This document shows, in pieces, positions 26,117-34,373 of a DNA stretch of 34,422 bases. Both the position numbers and the translations under genes were made by a program. Source of the DNA: Thermoplasmata archaeon (GTDB taxonomy: Archaea > Thermoplasmatota > Thermoplasmata > Lutacidiplasmatales > UBA184); assembly GCA_021828665.1 (NCBI GenBank), contig JAJZDH010000003.1, forward strand, positions 1-34,422. The letters run 5' to 3'. The notes below the pieces were generated by a model. That model had not been told where the DNA came from, did not search any database, and saw nothing but the letters and a program-made list of their open reading frames with translations. Positions within the stretch are counted from its first letter, which is position 1; every line of letters starts with the position of its first letter.

Positions 26117-26191
26117 TCAGAAATTCGGAATGCAGCCGACCTGCGACGTCGCGGCGTGAACGCAATCCCACGCTACGACCTCGGCTGCCAT
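26117..26191 (-). CDS. Candidate his-operon leader peptide, MAAEVVAWDCVHAATSQVGCIPNF (24 aa)
   Basis: First ATG after the TTATAT box, 26 nt downstream of it, which is the typical near-leaderless position. The stop TGA sits in the sequence AAT TTC TGA A. Confidence 0.5.
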   Translation of the reverse strand: MAAEVVAWDCVHAATSQVGCIPNF

Positions 26192-26217
26192 CGCGTTCGG
26201 GGGGGAAAACCCGGGGC

Positions 26218-26223
26218 ATATAA
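26218..26223 (-). promoter_or_regulatory. TATA box of the his operon
   Basis: TTATAT within AATCGTTATATG, the strongest AT-rich patch upstream of hisG. Confidence 0.7.
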
Positions 26224-26372
26224 CGATTGGCAGGGAGGCGGCCCCCCGGAGGGTCTCTCACCTCCGGAACCCTCACTGCCGACGGGGAGAGGGAGGCGAG
26301 GTCCTCCGCTTCAAGGGCCCCGGCGCCGGATCGCCCGCGCCGGCTGCCGCCGCCGGGGGCCGTGCGCCGGGA

Positions 26373-27191
26373 TTACCGGTCGCCCCCCCGATGGGGCCGG
26401 TCGCCCGGTCCACGGGGCGGGCGCCGCACCCAGCTTCCGGGAGCGCTCCCTGGTCTTCCGGCGCTCCGGTCGCCGCTCCATGCCGCCGGTTGCGGATCGG
26501 TCGGGGAGGTACGCTCCGCCGCCGGCACGGTGAGGTAGGGCAGGAGGGAGAGGAGGATCCGATTCTCCGCCTTGCGCAGGAGCGACTGGAACCCGGGCCG
26601 GGAGATCCCGAGCCTTCTCCCGAGGGCCTCCGTGGTGATGCTCCGGGGAATGCGGTAGTATCCCTGGTCGATCGCCGCCATCAGCGCCGCGCGCTGCTTG
26701 ACGGTCAGCCCGTCGAGGAGCCCCGCCACCGGCACGAGCAGGGACCGGTCGAAGGGAAGGGTCGAAATCGGGTGGGTGCCCACCCGAACGATCCGGACCT
26801 CCGCGGGCAGGCGGTCGAAGGTGGCGGCGGAGAACTCCCTGCCGGAGACCAGGAACTGGTAGGTCTCCCCTTCCGGCGCGTAGGTCGACGGTCCCAGGTG
26901 GAGTCCGCCGTCGGCCTCCGCCACCGGAATGACCCGGCCGGAGCGGCAGCAGGCGCACTCCGGAAAACGGAGCATCGCCGCCGAATGGTCCTCCTCGAGG
27001 AAGACCACGGAACCCCCCACCGCTTCGTACGCGGCGATCGCCGCCCGGAGCTCCGCTGGGTCCGGACCCCCGAGTTCGAGCGTGGCCTGGCGGCCCCGGT
27101 GGCAGAGATGCGCGACCCTCACGGAGCTCCCGGCCGGAAGGGGGCCCGCGAACGGACACGGATGCCGTACGGTCAGGGTGACCAAGTTCAC
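26373..27191 (-). CDS. Bat (HTH_10)-type transcription regulator with a Cys/His-rich N-terminal domain
   Basis: LTVKQRAALMAAIDQGYYRIPRSITTEALGRRLGISRPGFQSLLRKAENR. The N-terminal part has HPCPF, HLCH and CACC. Confidence 0.87.
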   Translation of the reverse strand: MNLVTLTVRHPCPFAGPLPAGSSVRVAHLCHRGRQATLELGGPDPAELRAAIAAYEAVGGSVVFLEEDHSAAMLRFPECACCRSGRVIPVAEADGGLHLGPSTYAPEGETYQFLVSGREFSAATFDRLPAEVRIVRVGTHPISTLPFDRSLLVPVAGLLDGLTVKQRAALMAAIDQGYYRIPRSITTEALGRRLGISRPGFQSLLRKAENRILLSLLPYLTVPAAERTSPTDPQPAAWSGDRSAGRPGSAPGSWVRRPPRGPGDRPHRGGDR

Positions 27192-27250
27192 GGCTTTCGG
27201 TCCCTCCGACGGCGGAACCGCCCCCGGCGGCAGAGATCGGGGGTTACTAC

Positions 27251-27282
27251 ATTACCGTAATATATGGCACCTAGGTTTGCCC
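27251..27282. promoter_or_regulatory. Divergent promoter with TATA box (TAATATAT) flanked by two inverted repeats
   Basis: ATTAC-C-GTAAT (27251-27261) and ACCTAGGT within GGCACCTAGGTTTGCC. Confidence 0.55.
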
Positions 27283-27287
27283 GTCCG

Positions 27288-27791
27288 ATGCCCCGACCTC
27301 CCCGTCGCCCCCCCTCCCCCGCCCGCGGGTCGCGGCCCCGACCCCGGGACGACCCGCTCGACGGGGGGCCGCTCGCCCCGTACAAGGCGAACTATCGCGG
27401 CCTGCTCGCGGAGGTGCGGGCGCTCCTGGCACCGCGGGAGCTCCTCCTCTCCGATGCCCGCGCGCTCCGGCTCGCGGGGCGGGGCCCGACCAGTCCGACG
27501 GCGATCGCGCTGGCGCTCGACATCTCGCCCGCCTCGGCGACCGAGCTCATCGACCGCCTCGAGCGGCGGGGCCTTCTCCGCCGTTCCACCGACCGGACCG
27601 ACCGGCGGGCGGTCGTGGTTTCGCTGACCCCCTCCGGATCGCGCGCGAACCGCTGGGCCGCCGAGCGGGTGCGCCGGTTGGCCCGGGCCATCTCCCGGGA
27701 GCTGGGGCCGGAGGGGTGCGCGGCGGTCGACCACGCCTCCGGACTGGTCGCGGCCGCGCTCCAAACGTGCCGGGCCCGGCGGCTCCGGTGA
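27288..27791 (+). CDS. MarR-family transcription regulator
   Basis: SPTAIALALDISPASATELIDRLERRGLLRR..DRTDRRAVVVSLTPSG. ATG 27288 lies about 22 nt after the TATA box, whereas the track start at 27264 overlaps the box. Confidence 0.9.
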   Translation: MPRPPRRPPSPARGSRPRPRDDPLDGGPLAPYKANYRGLLAEVRALLAPRELLLSDARALRLAGRGPTSPTAIALALDISPASATELIDRLERRGLLRRSTDRTDRRAVVVSLTPSGSRANRWAAERVRRLARAISRELGPEGCAAVDHASGLVAAALQTCRARRLR

Positions 27792-27816
27792 GCAGCGGGG
27801 GAGAGGAGGAGCCCGT

Positions 27817-29646
27817 ATGGTCGCGTACAAGTGGACGGTGCTGTCGAACACCACGCTCGGTTCCCTCCTCGCCTCCCTCGACGGTACGATCGTCCTCATC
27901 TCCCTGCCGGTCATCTTCAAGGGACTCGGCGTCGATCCGTTCGCTCCCTCCAACTTTCCGATCCTCATCTGGCTCCTCCTGGGGTACGGCGTCGTCACGG
28001 CCACGCTCCTCGTCACCGTCGGGCGGCTCTCGGACATGTGGGGCCGGGCTCGGATGTACAACCTCGGATTCGCCGTCTTCTCGACCGGTTCGATCCTGCT
28101 GTTCGTCGAGCCGTTCTCCGGCAGCCCCGGCGCGTGGGCGCTCGTGGGGTTCCGACTTGTCCAGGCGGTGGGATCGGCGTTCCTCCTCGCCAACTCCGCC
28201 GCCCTCCTGACCGATGCGTTCCCGGCCGCCGAACGCGGCAAGGCGATGGGGATCAACCAGATCGCCTTCATCGGAGGCTCCCTCGTGGGCCTGGTCGTGG
28301 GCGGGATCCTGGCCGGCATCCCGGACCTCCACGTCGCCGGCCTTGTGCTGCCGACCTGGAGGCTCATCTTCCTCGTGAGCGTGCCGGTGGGGGTGGCGGG
28401 AACCCTGTGGGCCTACGCCCGCCTCCACGAGATCTCGATCCGGCGGATCGGGCAGAGGATCGATTTCCTCGGCAACGGGACCTTCGCGGTCGGCCTGACC
28501 CTGCTCCTCGTCTCGGTGACGTACGGGTTGCTCCCCTACGGCAGCTCCCGGACCGGCTGGTCGGATCCGTTCGTCCTCGCCGGGCTTGCCGCCGGCGGGA
28601 TGCTGCTCGTCGGCTTCCTCTTCCTGGAATCCCGGGTGGCCGACCCGATGTTCCGGCTCGAGCTGTTCCGGGTCCGATCGTTCGCCACCGGCAACATCGC
28701 CTCCCTCCTCGGTTCCATCGCCCGGGGGGGGATGATGCTCCTCCTGGTCCTCTGGTTCCAGGGGATCTGGCTGCCGTTGCACGGTTACTCCTTCGCCTCG
28801 GTCCCGCTCTGGGCCGGGATCGCCCTCATGCCGATGATCGCGGGATTCCTCGTGGCGGGTCCGCTGAGCGGCTGGCTGTCCGACCGGCACGGACCCCGGA
28901 TCCTGGCCACCCTGGGGCTCTCCCTGGCCTCGGGGACCTTCTTCGCCCTCGCGCTCCTGCCCATCGATTTCCCCTACTGGCAGATGGGTGTCCTCCTCTT
29001 CCTCCAGGGCAGCGGGATGGGGATGTTCGCGGCCCCCAACGCCGCCGCCGTGATGAACTCGGTGCCGCCGGAGAACCGGGGCGCCGCCTCGGGCATGCTC
29101 GCCACGCTCCAGAACTCCGGTCAGCAGGTGTCGATGGCGATCTTCTTCACCATCGTGATCGTGGCCCTCTCGGGGGACCTCGCCGGATCGGCCGGCCAGG
29201 CGCTCGCGGCCATCCCCATCACGGGGCCGGACCAGGGGATCCTGGCCGGCGCCATCTCGTCGAACCCGACCGGAGCGCTTTTCGGGGCGTTCCTCGGGGA
29301 GAATCCGATGGGCGGGATCCTTCCGGCCGTCGCCGCCGCCCCCGGCTGGCAGCCGCTCGGCGCGTCCGCGATGGGGGCGCTCCTGGCCCCCCGATTCTTT
29401 GCGTCGGCGGTGGCGCCGGCCTTCGGGGCGGCGCTCTCCGACGCCTTCGTCTTTGCCGGGATCGTCACCGCCTCGGGGGCGGTGATCTCGGCGCTGCGGG
29501 GGGGGCGGTTCGTCTACGGGGAACGCCGGCGCGAGGGGCCCCACGCGCCGACCGTGGGGTCCGGAGCGACCCCTCCCGCAACGCGGCGGCTCCCGCCGCC
29601 CGCCCTCGACGTCCAACCGCGGGACGGCCGCGGCGATCTTCGGTGA
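27817..29646 (+). CDS. MFS transporter, DHA2/EmrB-QacA-like efflux protein
   Basis: YKWTVLSNTTLG, GRLSDMWGR (motif A), FRLVQAVG, WRLIFLVSVP, GWLSDRHG, and many TM segments. Confidence 0.93.
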   Translation: MVAYKWTVLSNTTLGSLLASLDGTIVLISLPVIFKGLGVDPFAPSNFPILIWLLLGYGVVTATLLVTVGRLSDMWGRARMYNLGFAVFSTGSILLFVEPFSGSPGAWALVGFRLVQAVGSAFLLANSAALLTDAFPAAERGKAMGINQIAFIGGSLVGLVVGGILAGIPDLHVAGLVLPTWRLIFLVSVPVGVAGTLWAYARLHEISIRRIGQRIDFLGNGTFAVGLTLLLVSVTYGLLPYGSSRTGWSDPFVLAGLAAGGMLLVGFLFLESRVADPMFRLELFRVRSFATGNIASLLGSIARGGMMLLLVLWFQGIWLPLHGYSFASVPLWAGIALMPMIAGFLVAGPLSGWLSDRHGPRILATLGLSLASGTFFALALLPIDFPYWQMGVLLFLQGSGMGMFAAPNAAAVMNSVPPENRGAASGMLATLQNSGQQVSMAIFFTIVIVALSGDLAGSAGQALAAIPITGPDQGILAGAISSNPTGALFGAFLGENPMGGILPAVAAAPGWQPLGASAMGALLAPRFFASAVAPAFGAALSDAFVFAGIVTASGAVISALRGGRFVYGERRREGPHAPTVGSGATPPATRRLPPPALDVQPRDGRGDLR

Positions 29647-29829
29647 TCCGTCCCGTCGATCCCCCGGGGGCGGCGCCGGCCGCCGTGGTCCGGTCGGGGG
29701 GTGCGACCCCGGGGACCGGCACCGCCGCTCCGGCGGCGGCGACGTCCGCCCGCCTCCGGTCCGTGCCGACGACGCGGGGCCCGCCCCGTCGGCGATCTGG
29801 AGCGCGGGGGCGGGTTCCGGCCCTCGCCG

Positions 29830-31281
29830 TCATGGCCGGCGAGGGGGGGCGGCGCCCGAGGGCGACGCCGGGACCGGGCGATCCGACCCGCGGTGGCGGC
29901 TCGCCGAGAGCGCCCCGGCCGCGAGGAGGACGAGCGCCATGACGTAGAAGACCGACCGCACCGCCGCAAGGAAGGCCGCCGAGACGGAACCGATGAGCCC
30001 CCCGGTGCCCGTGAAGACCTCGAAGGCGACCTCGCGCGGCACCGCCAGCGAGGCCACCGTGATCACGAGCACGTAGCTTCCGATCGTCCCGGAGTTCGTG
30101 AGCGTCCGCAGGAGACCCGAGACCGCGCCGTAGTGCTCGGGCGGAACGTCGTGCATCACCGCCTTGTTGTTCGAGGGCCAGAAGAGCGCCCCGCCGATGC
30201 CGGTGACGAGGGAGATGAGTGCGATGAGGACGTAGGAGGTGTCCGCCCGGAGCTGGGCGTACAGCAGGACGCCCCCCAGCATGAACGCGATGCCGAGGGT
30301 GGCGAACCGGGCCGCCCCGTACCGGTCGGCCCACCGTCCCGCGAGGGGCGCGAGCCCCGAGGAGAGGATGTAGCCGGGGATCAGGAGGAGCGCGGCATCG
30401 AGCGGCGAGAGGCCGCGGATCCCCTGGAGGTACATGATCAGGACGAAGACCACGGAGAGGTAGCCGAGGCTCTGGAGGAACGAGGCGAGGAGGGACCGGG
30501 AGAGGAGGCGCGACCGGAACAGCCCCAGCGCGAGCGTCGGTTGCGGAGTCCTCCGTTCCCACCAGACGAACGGCCCCACCAGCCCGGCCCCCAGCGCCAC
30601 GAGGGCCAGGTTCTCCGCCGACGGACCGGAGGAGGCGAAATCCGTCGTGCCGTAGACCAGGAGCGCGAGGAGCGTCCCGAGCAGCAGCATGCCGACCGGA
30701 TCCAGGTGGGCTTTGATCCGGTGCCCGACCCCCAGGACCCGGTACCCGATCCCCACCGCGACGAGGCCGATGGGAACGTTGATGAAGAAGATGTACCGCC
30801 AGCCGAAGAAGGTCGTCAGGACCCCACCGAGCACGATCCCGAGGGTCGCGCCCACGTTCCATCCCATCGTGGTGAAGCCGAAGGCGCGGCCCCGGACCGA
30901 CGGAGGGAAGTGATCGGCCAGGATCGCCGTCCCCGTCGCCACCATGAAGGCGCCGCCGACCGCCTGGACCCCCCGGAACGCCACTAGGCTCGTGGCGGTC
31001 GGGGCCAATCCGCACAGCGCCGACCCGACGGTGAAGACCACGAACCCCAGGTTGTACACTCGTCCGTGGCCGAGGAGGTCGCTGATCCGGCCGGCCTGGG
31101 TGGTCAATACGGAGACCACGAGGAGGTAGATCAGGATCGTCCACAGGACCGTCGTGAGCGGCGCGGAAAGGCTCCCCGCGATGGTGGGAAAGGCGAGGAG
31201 GACGATGGTCGTGTCGACGCTGGCCATGAGCGTCCCCAGTACCACGACGAAGAGGACCCACCGCGACGGTCCGGGGGGCAC
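29830..31281 (-). CDS. MFS transporter, DHA2-like
   Basis: MASVDTTIVLLAFP, GRISDLLG, FRGVQAVGG, GWRYIFFINVPIG, GRWADRYG. Confidence 0.93.
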   Translation of the reverse strand: MPPGPSRWVLFVVVLGTLMASVDTTIVLLAFPTIAGSLSAPLTTVLWTILIYLLVVSVLTTQAGRISDLLGHGRVYNLGFVVFTVGSALCGLAPTATSLVAFRGVQAVGGAFMVATGTAILADHFPPSVRGRAFGFTTMGWNVGATLGIVLGGVLTTFFGWRYIFFINVPIGLVAVGIGYRVLGVGHRIKAHLDPVGMLLLGTLLALLVYGTTDFASSGPSAENLALVALGAGLVGPFVWWERRTPQPTLALGLFRSRLLSRSLLASFLQSLGYLSVVFVLIMYLQGIRGLSPLDAALLLIPGYILSSGLAPLAGRWADRYGAARFATLGIAFMLGGVLLYAQLRADTSYVLIALISLVTGIGGALFWPSNNKAVMHDVPPEHYGAVSGLLRTLTNSGTIGSYVLVITVASLAVPREVAFEVFTGTGGLIGSVSAAFLAAVRSVFYVMALVLLAAGALSASRHRGSDRPVPASPSGAAPPRRP

Positions 31282-31676
31282 GACGGGCTCACCGTTCCGC
31301 CTTAGACCCCGTCGGATTCAAAAGGGGTGCGCCGCCGCGCGCCGTTCCCGCCGCCGCCCCGTCGGGCCGGGAGCGCCGACGCCGCCAGCGCGGCCGGGCG
31401 GCCCCCCGGGGCCTCCCCTCGCCTACCCCGCACCGACCGCCCCCGGGTGGGTCGCAGCCCAAATACCGGTGGGGTTTCGGGGAGCCGGGAATCCCCGATG
31501 CCGACGACGTCACCGGTCCGGAGCGGCCCGAGTCGGGGTCCGGCCCGAGGCCGGGGGCGCGGACGCCGGTGGACCACCGGAAGGGCTCCCCGTTCCCCGA
31601 ACGGTCCGATCGGCCCCCGAGGGGCCACCGCGTCGGGGACCCCTTGCGGGCCGGCCGCACGGGAACGGAGGATCCT

Positions 31677-32060
31677 TTGACGCGGGGGATCGAGGTCGCC
31701 ATCCATCTGACACCGGGACCGAACGATACCGACGCGATCGCCGGGGCCCTCGGCAACTTGGCCGCCTATCGGTTGGGTCGGCAGCGCGGCGAGACGCTAC
31801 AGTGGCAGATCCTCAAGGTGATGGAATCGGACGGCAAGCACTTCTACCGGCTCCTGATGCGGCACCCGGAGCGGAGGCTCGACCTCGGCATTCACGCGGC
31901 TCTCGGCCGGACCCTCGAGGAGCTTTCGGCGAACTCCCCCGACGCGCTGCGGGAGGCGCTCCGGGCCGCCGAAGCCGAGGGGCTGCGGCCGGTCCCGCTC
32001 CGGACGATCCGGTACGCGGTCGATTTCTGGCGGGACGATTTCTGGAACTGGATCGGCTGA
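31677..32060 (+). CDS. Hypothetical protein, about 127 aa, with an aromatic/acidic C-terminus (VDFWRDDFWNWIG)
   Basis: Protein-like composition from LTRGIEVAIHL onward. GGAGG lies 5 nt before the TTG at 31677. Confidence 0.75.
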   Translation: MTRGIEVAIHLTPGPNDTDAIAGALGNLAAYRLGRQRGETLQWQILKVMESDGKHFYRLLMRHPERRLDLGIHAALGRTLEELSANSPDALREALRAAEAEGLRPVPLRTIRYAVDFWRDDFWNWIG

Positions 32061-32108
32061 ACGCCGTCCGCTCCACCGGGCGTCGGGACCCCTCCCTGTC
32101 CGAGCCGC

Positions 32109-34133
32109 CTACCAGACGCCGACGCCGGGCCCGACGTCGTCGGGGGCCCCGCCGCCCGATGGCGGGGGGAACGCCTTGCGGAACGCCGGATGCTGCGCGA
32201 CCGGGACCGATCCCCGGTACCGGGCCGGGGCGTGAGGGTCGATGGTGAGGCGGCGGCGTGCTTCCGGCTCCCGGATCGTCAGCCGCCAGCACTGCGCCCA
32301 GGAGAGGAAGAACCGCTGCTCGGCGGAGAACCCGTCGACCGACCGCCGAGCGGCAGGCTCCCGCTCCAGACGGCGTTCCAGCGCCTCGAAGGCGAGCTTC
32401 ACGCCGCCCAGATCGGCGATGTTCTCCCCCAGGGTGAGCTCGCCGTTCACCCGGGTCCCCGGCACCCCCTCGAGCGCCCCGTAGAGGTCCACGACCCGGC
32501 GGGCCCGTTCCTCGAACTTGCGGAGGTCCTCGGCGGTCCACCACTCCCGGAGATTCCCCTCGGCATCGTACTTGCGGCCCTGGTCGTCGTAGCCGTGGGT
32601 GATCTCGTGGCCGATGACCCCTCCGATCCCCCCGTAGTTCACCGCATCGTCCATCTCGAGGTCGAAGAACGGCGGTTGGAGGATCCCCGCCGGGAAGACG
32701 ATCTCGTTCTGGGTCGGGGAGAAGTAGGCGTTGACCGTCGGCGGGGTCATGAGCCACTCGGTCCGGTCGACCGCGGAGCCGATCCGGGTCAGCTGCCGGC
32801 GGGTCTCGAAGGCCGCGGATTCGAAGATGTTCGCGAGGTAGCCGTCGGGGGTGAGCGGGATCGCCGAATAGTCCCGGAACCGGTCGGGGTGGCCGATCTT
32901 GGCCGAGAACCGATCGAACTTGGCGAGAGCGATCCGGCGGGTCCCCTCGGTCATCCAGTCAAGCTGGGCGAGCCGCTCCCGGAAGACCGCCCGCAGGTCG
33001 TCGAGGAGGAGCCCCATGCGCCGCCGGGCCTCCGCGGGGAAATGACGCTCGACGTACAGCCGGCCCAACGCCTCCCCGATCCGGGCGTCCAGGACCATGC
33101 CGGCCCGTTTCCAGCGCGGTTCCGGCTCCCGTTGGCCGAGCAGCACCCGGTGGAAGAAGTCGAAGTCCTCCGACTCGACCGCCGCCGTCAGGAACGGGGC
33201 GGCCGCATGGAGGAGGTGCCAGCGCAGGTACGCGATGGAATCGTCCAGCGGCCGTTCCCGGAGCAGTCGGTCCGCGGCGGCGAAGAACTCCGGTTGGCCG
33301 AGGACGAGGTACTCCGGTTCCCGGGCCCCGAGGTCGGCGAGGTACTGCTTCACGGCAAGGGTGGGCAGCTCGCCGTCCAGCTCCGGGGGGCTCTTCCGGT
33401 GGTAGTTCCTCTCCTCGTCCCGCAGTTCGGTCCGGCTGCGGCTCGACCGGGCCAGTTCCGTCTCCACCGCCAGGACGCGGTCCGCGTCCGCCCGGGCGGC
33501 CTCCACCGATTCCCCGCCGAGACGGAACATCCGTCCGAGGTGGGCGCCGTAGGCGGCGCGCATCTCCTCGAACAACGGGGCCAGGTAATACTCCCGGTCC
33601 GGGAGCGAAAGGCCGCCCTGATCGAAGTACAGCGCATACCGGCCGCTATCCCGCTTGTCGGGTGCCGAGTAGGCATCGAAGAGGCCGGAGATGCCGATCG
33701 CATGAAGCTCGGCGAGGCGGTGGACCAGGTCGCCGGTTCGGGAAGTCCCCCCGATCCGGTCCCAGAGGGGGGCGATGGGGCGGAGACCCTTCTCCTCGAT
33801 CCGGGCGGTGTCCATCGCAGAGGCGAAGAAGAGGCCCACCTGCCGCTGCGCCTCCGAGGTGCCCGACGGGGAGGTCCGGGCCGCCTCTTCCATGATTGCC
33901 CGGAGAAGCTCGAAATTCCGGTCCGACAGTTCGGTGAACGCCCCCCGCAGGGACTTGTCGGCCGGCACCGGATGGTCCCGGAGCCAGCCGCCCACCGCGT
34001 ACTGGTAGAAATCCCGTCGGGGATCCTGCGTCCGATCCATGTAGGCGACGGAGAAGCGGGGAACCTCCGCCGCACCGGCCCCCGGCACCCCGTCCGCCGC
34101 CGATTCCCGATGGTGCATCCGTCGGACACCCAT
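32109..34133 (-). CDS. M13-family (neprilysin/PepO-like) zinc metallopeptidase, no signal peptide
   Basis: DFYQYAVGGW, VNAYFSPTQNEIVFPAGILQPPFF, NYGGIGGVIGHEITHGYDDQG (HExxH), GENIADLGG, DPHAP. Confidence 0.96.
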   Translation of the reverse strand: MGVRRMHHRESAADGVPGAGAAEVPRFSVAYMDRTQDPRRDFYQYAVGGWLRDHPVPADKSLRGAFTELSDRNFELLRAIMEEAARTSPSGTSEAQRQVGLFFASAMDTARIEEKGLRPIAPLWDRIGGTSRTGDLVHRLAELHAIGISGLFDAYSAPDKRDSGRYALYFDQGGLSLPDREYYLAPLFEEMRAAYGAHLGRMFRLGGESVEAARADADRVLAVETELARSSRSRTELRDEERNYHRKSPPELDGELPTLAVKQYLADLGAREPEYLVLGQPEFFAAADRLLRERPLDDSIAYLRWHLLHAAAPFLTAAVESEDFDFFHRVLLGQREPEPRWKRAGMVLDARIGEALGRLYVERHFPAEARRRMGLLLDDLRAVFRERLAQLDWMTEGTRRIALAKFDRFSAKIGHPDRFRDYSAIPLTPDGYLANIFESAAFETRRQLTRIGSAVDRTEWLMTPPTVNAYFSPTQNEIVFPAGILQPPFFDLEMDDAVNYGGIGGVIGHEITHGYDDQGRKYDAEGNLREWWTAEDLRKFEERARRVVDLYGALEGVPGTRVNGELTLGENIADLGGVKLAFEALERRLEREPAARRSVDGFSAEQRFFLSWAQCWRLTIREPEARRRLTIDPHAPARYRGSVPVAQHPAFRKAFPPPSGGGAPDDVGPGVGVW

Positions 34134-34373
34134 ACCGGACCCGCCGGGCGCAGCCGTGGGCCCGACAATACCTTTTCCCGGCCCCTTGCGGAGTCGGTCG
34201 CCGGCGCTCCGTGCGGGAGGGGGCGTTCCGGGCGGGCCCTCCCCCAGTGGGGGGGTGGGGCACGGCTTCGTCTTCGCCGGGGGCCTTCCGGAGCCTCGCC
34301 GGGGTCGTCTGCCGGAACGCGATCCGGGCGGACGCCGGCGGTGCTCGGGGGATCCCGGGCGGGGGAAGGAACG

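Noticed and set aside
26132-26191. his leader as a classical poly-His attenuator, T-box or tRNA
   Set aside because: There is only one His codon, no U-tract terminator, no recognisable T-box motif and no cloverleaf. It is kept only as a novel-type candidate.
31282-31676. Short ORFs or an ncRNA in the MFS/orphan spacer
   Set aside because: The translations are low-complexity, and the stems are no better than expected at this GC content.
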